From NCBI GenBank assembly GCA_003427395.1, contig BFEA01000021.1, positions 4,568,964 through 4,632,963 on the forward strand: 64,000 bases of DNA. The letters run 5' to 3'. Position numbers and translations under genes: made by a program. Below are positions 62,069 through 64,000 of the stretch, piece by piece (position 1 is the stretch's first letter; the number at the start of each line of letters is the position of its first letter). Source of the DNA: Chara braunii (lineage: Eukaryota; Plantae; Charophyceae). The notes beneath the pieces are model-generated. The model searched no databases, was not told the DNA's origin, and saw nothing but the letters and a program-made list of their open reading frames with translations.

Positions 62069-63229
62069 ATGTGCACGCGACCCGACCGAAGTCCTTGTCA
62101 GTAACAACGCCGCTGATTGCCGGCCACATATGTATGACAAAATCCGTTGACGCCAGCAGCCACTCCAATGTCGACGACGATAGAAGCAATATGCCCGAAG
62201 GACGGCTATTGCGTGAGCTCTGCCGTCGCTTCTGGTGGTGTCCTCCACACGACCAGCAAGCTAGAGACACCCACGGCACTTGGCAGATCCGTATAAATAG
62301 GCAAATCGTGACAGATCGGCCAAAAGGCCGACAGAGCGGCGCCATGGTCCCGGAGGTTGCTCGATGGCGCCCTTTTTGGGCAATGCACTGTTCACTTCAG
62401 CATTTTCACATTAAATGTGTTTGGAGCTGGTGATGAGGTCCAGATACATGCAAAACGAAAAAGAAAACAAATCGATCGTTTCCGAATGGAAGCGGTCCGC
62501 GTGGCACTCCACGTAGTTGTGGAATGTTGAGTGGTTTCCCAAAAAAAAACAAAAAAAAAAAAAGAATGTGGAATGTTGAGCAGCGAGGCGGCGGGGGCTT
62601 GTTCGTTTTGTATTTTAGCACTTTCCGACGCGTCGTGGTGTCGCTCCACTACTACACGACAGTCGAGATATGTATCTTGTCTAGTTTGATGGGTCCGAAA
62701 CGTATGTGGACGGCTTAACCGTGCAGATACACGGTGTATGTTAGGCAGTGGAGCGACGCTGCTCACATCATTACTCGACACCGGCTCCATTCAGTTCAGC
62801 TGCTACCCCCGTCTTCACCCGACCAGAACGCCCGCCGGTCGCTATTTCTGTATCTGCTCTGTATACTATTCAAAATACGTGGTCGCTATTTCTGTATCTG
62901 GACTGGAATACATCTATAATATAATTCGGGACGTTCTATTCGGAGGAAGACGGCTGTAGGACCCGGCCGCTGATCCCGTTAGCTCCCGCCACCTGTCCTT
63001 GGCCACGTTCTTTTTTTCTTCTTTTTTTTCCTTTTTTTTTTCTTTGTTTTGTTGTGGTCCGATGGATCTTAGCCAAAAGGCCGTAGAAAGGTATTGACAC
63101 GTTAAATTCTTTTTTTTCTTTTTCTTTCTTTTTTTTCTTTGAATGAAGTTGCAGCTTCGGTCCCTGAAAGTCGCGGTTTAAAATTTGGGCCCCCCCAAAT
63201 TGAGCTCGGCGGCAAATTGCAGAGACTTG

Positions 63230-63565
63230 GGGCCTCGCTGCAATACTATCCAAATGTGCAAAATGACACTGAATCCAGCCTTATAACATGGAAATATACA
63301 TTGCCATCTTACATTTGCGATCGTTTTTGTCGTTTGTGCATGTGGGCAGTAGTGCAGCGAGGTCCCTTGGCCGTTGAAGACTACCGCCGTTGAAGACTAC
63401 CGCCAGAAAAAAAAATGTTGTATTTGATTCTGTTCTGGGCCTCGCTCCGCCTCTGTCCAAATGTGGAAATGCAAAATGAGACCGAATCATTCGGTGAAAA
63501 CATGGAAAGATACATTGCTATTCATTTTGTCGTTTGTGCATGTGGAGGGGAGGGGAGCGAGGCCC
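63230..63565. mobile_element. Two ~130-bp Tourist-like MITEs (63230..63366 and 63437..63565)
   Basis: GGGCCTCGCT termini; internal CCAAATGTG..AAAATGA..AACATGGAAA as in the other copies. Confidence 0.7.
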
Positions 63566-63658
63566 TTGGCCTGGATTAGAACACATGTCGTCATTTCATC
63601 AGTTGGTTTGTCGGCAGAGAAAGGGGGAAAACAGAGAAACAACCAGAACTTCTCACCC

Positions 63659-63691
<33 letters not shown>

Positions 63692-64000
63692 AGAAAGCAA
63701 TAACTGTCCCGATGAACGTTCGCACGCTCCCTACCACAGGCCCCCCCCGAATGGACTTCTCCATTTTCTTGAGGTAGGATGCATCCTGGGAAATGCCCCT
63801 GTGAAGTGGGCGTCTTCAGGGATTCATCAACCTATGGGGACTGTAGGGCAGGACAAGAAAATTCCCTGGACCTGGTCCCATACGCGCATTTCCCAAATTC
63901 CCATTTCTGGCTGTCTATGGGTTTCGCTCCACTACTCTAGAAACAGGCCATTACTTGAGTGCTGCAGGGCTCCACTTCCTCTAGACGCCAGGTCTGGAAT

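Overview
Eukaryotic, repeat-dominated window with three assembly gaps. The expansin gene and the repeat style suggest a streptophyte alga such as Chara; this is inference only. About 45 kb is made of five decayed L1/Tx1-type LINEs (APE-RT-zf-RVT ORF2; RRM-like/CCHC ORF1), all on the minus strand, in three families here called A, B and C. Twice independently, a family-B element sits inside the post-RT part of ORF2 of a family-A element in the same orientation (B1 in A1; full-length 11.3-kb B2 in A2 with a 16-bp TSD). A and B are very divergent, yet share a 48-nt 3'-terminal motif that is 90-94% identical and folds as a hairpin plus H-type pseudoknot. Their very large ORF1s end in a conserved ~150-aa domain with a Nudix-like pattern but no catalytic Nudix box. 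LINE C (7.1 kb, TSD) is inserted in a Tourist MITE and has a different 3' pseudoknot, also seen in a 116-bp truncated insertion. The right end holds Tourist/PIF MITEs, tandem repeats and one intact, intronless, atypical alpha-expansin-like gene.
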